Source: Geosiphon pyriformis uo1
Taxonomy: Eukaryota > Fungi > Glomeromycota
Direction of reading: 5' to 3'
DNA: 64,000 nt
Assembly (NCBI GenBank): GCA_016748015.1
Contig: JAAOMT010000222.1
Location: forward strand, 623,924 to 687,923
The notes under the pieces are model-generated. The model was not told where the DNA came from, searched no databases, and saw only the letters and a program-made list of their open reading frames with translations. How positions within the stretch are numbered: the stretch's first letter is position 1; each line of letters starts with the position of its first letter. Shown in pieces: positions 62,801 to 64,000 of the stretch. The position numbers and the translations under genes were made by a program.

Positions 62801-63791
62801 CTGTGGAAGAGCACCAAATATTACTGGAGGTTTTTGGTCTTTTTTCTTGAATGTTTTTAATGTTAATTTGCTGTGAATTTACATTCTCAGGAAGTAGTTA
62901 GACCTCTAATAACTAAATTTATCTTTAAATTATCTCCTATAATTTGAACTGCTGGGCTTATAAGTGAAATAGCCAATTCTATGCCAGTTACTTTGTGTAG
63001 TTGCATTGTAGTAAATGTCAACTCTTTCCCAGGAATTGTTTATCTGGAAGCTCACTAAAAATGTGTAGTTACTTTGCTGTAAAAGTCAATTTTTTTACAG
63101 AAATCTCATCTGTAGACTACTCTAATAATTATAATAAGAAAAGAAAAAAAAAATAAAAAAAATGTAAAAGAAATAGAATTTTATCAAGAAAAACGTTTTT
63201 TATCTAGGCCTAAAGTTACTAACAGATTACTGAAATTGGTAGCTAATCAATTTCAAAACGTTAGTTTGTGTTAAAGAAGTTTCAAGTATAATAATTAAAG
63301 AATTTGGTTTTCGAATATTTAATTTTTTATTTGAATGTGTAAAAGATAATTTGTTTTAATTAAGATATCTAAAGTAGAATGCTATGGTAAGATACTATGA
63401 AAAGATACATTTTTTTGAAGAGAGAAGCTCTTCTTTTATACAACTTGTTATAGTACTAGTCTTTGAACTTGCACTTTTTTTTTTGCTACAATTTGGGTAA
63501 ACTAAAAATACATTTCGGTGAACTACAAGTTATTTCACTGAACTATTTGATTATTTCGGCCAATTTCCATTAATTTCGGCGAATTTTGACTATGTTAAAT
63601 GGTTCAGGGTATTGTGTAATTTGATTATCTTAATTTTTAGAGTACAAATTGAATTATTGATTGAGTAATGATATTTGATAATTTGATTAAATAATAAGTA
63701 ATAATCGAAATAATAATAATATATGCTAATTAATAATAGAAATTATGAGGGTAATTTTATACTAATTAATAGCTAAATTCTATTGGTAACA
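53892..63791 (-). mobile_element. Full-length Ty3/Gypsy family B, copy 2 (9.9 kb)
   Basis: LTRs 53892-54866 and 62819-63791, TSD AAAT/AAAT. ORF3 about 54841-55512, IN 55723-57108, RT/RH 57164-58500, dUTPase 59000-59425, protease about 60400-60720, gag to about 62770. Confidence 0.97.
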
Positions 63792-64000
63792 AAATCTAAC
63801 AACTTATGTTTAAAGAACTTGCCAAAAATACCATTACTATTAACAAAATTTATTATTAATACCACTTTTTTTTTTACTTGTACCTAATTAAAAGGTCTCA
63901 AATTGAACAAAAATAAATAATAGACAGCTTTATTAAAAAAATCTCTAAACAAACATGCCTTGAACTTTAGCCTTTTTTTGATTAAACAGTTTTATTTTTT
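63792..64000 (-). mobile_element. LINE4 ORF2, upstream part
   Basis: LIINFVNSNGIFGKFFKHKLLDL|QVLS joins across the TSD and matches LINE2 SIINFVNAPGILGQLFIHKSLNLQVVS. Confidence 0.8.

Noticed and set aside
1-64000. Alternative genetic code (TGA/TAG read-through), or organellar or bacterial origin
   Set aside because: Internal stops differ between copies and include all three stop types, derived from TGG, CAA and CGA. The content is eukaryotic nuclear retrotransposons, with no tRNA or rRNA recognised.

Overview
This window is eukaryotic, AT-rich, gene-free heterochromatin-like DNA built almost entirely of nested, decaying retrotransposons. A fungal origin, probably Glomeromycotina/Mucoromycota-like, is an inference from composition and element types. 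I see no host genes, RNA genes or CRISPR arrays. There are three Ty3/Gypsy families. Family A is 1-7927 (-) plus an orphan LTR at 49678-50419. Family B has full-length copies at 18706-28566 (+) and 53892-63791 (-), a pol-deleted copy at 43678-48070 (-) and a solo LTR at 50902-51860. Family E is a heavily decayed copy at 17827-41909 (-). There are also about seven copies or fragments of APE-RT-RNaseH LINEs. Almost all decay is C>T/G>A, and most of the AT-rich 'intergenic' DNA is fossil TE sequence. The most interesting system is the non-canonical Gypsy architecture. In all four pol-containing copies (three families) the polyprotein stops right after RNase H, and integrase appears to be a separate ORF with its own Met. 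Families A and B also carry an N-terminal helical Gag domain, a conserved Cys-rich multi-zinc domain, and a dUTPase plus a degenerate dUTPase-like repeat between protease and RT. Family B adds a non-env ORF3 that runs into the 3' LTR. The LINEs share a conserved structured 3' RNA motif, a conserved 5' start and an ATGA ORF1/ORF2 overlap.
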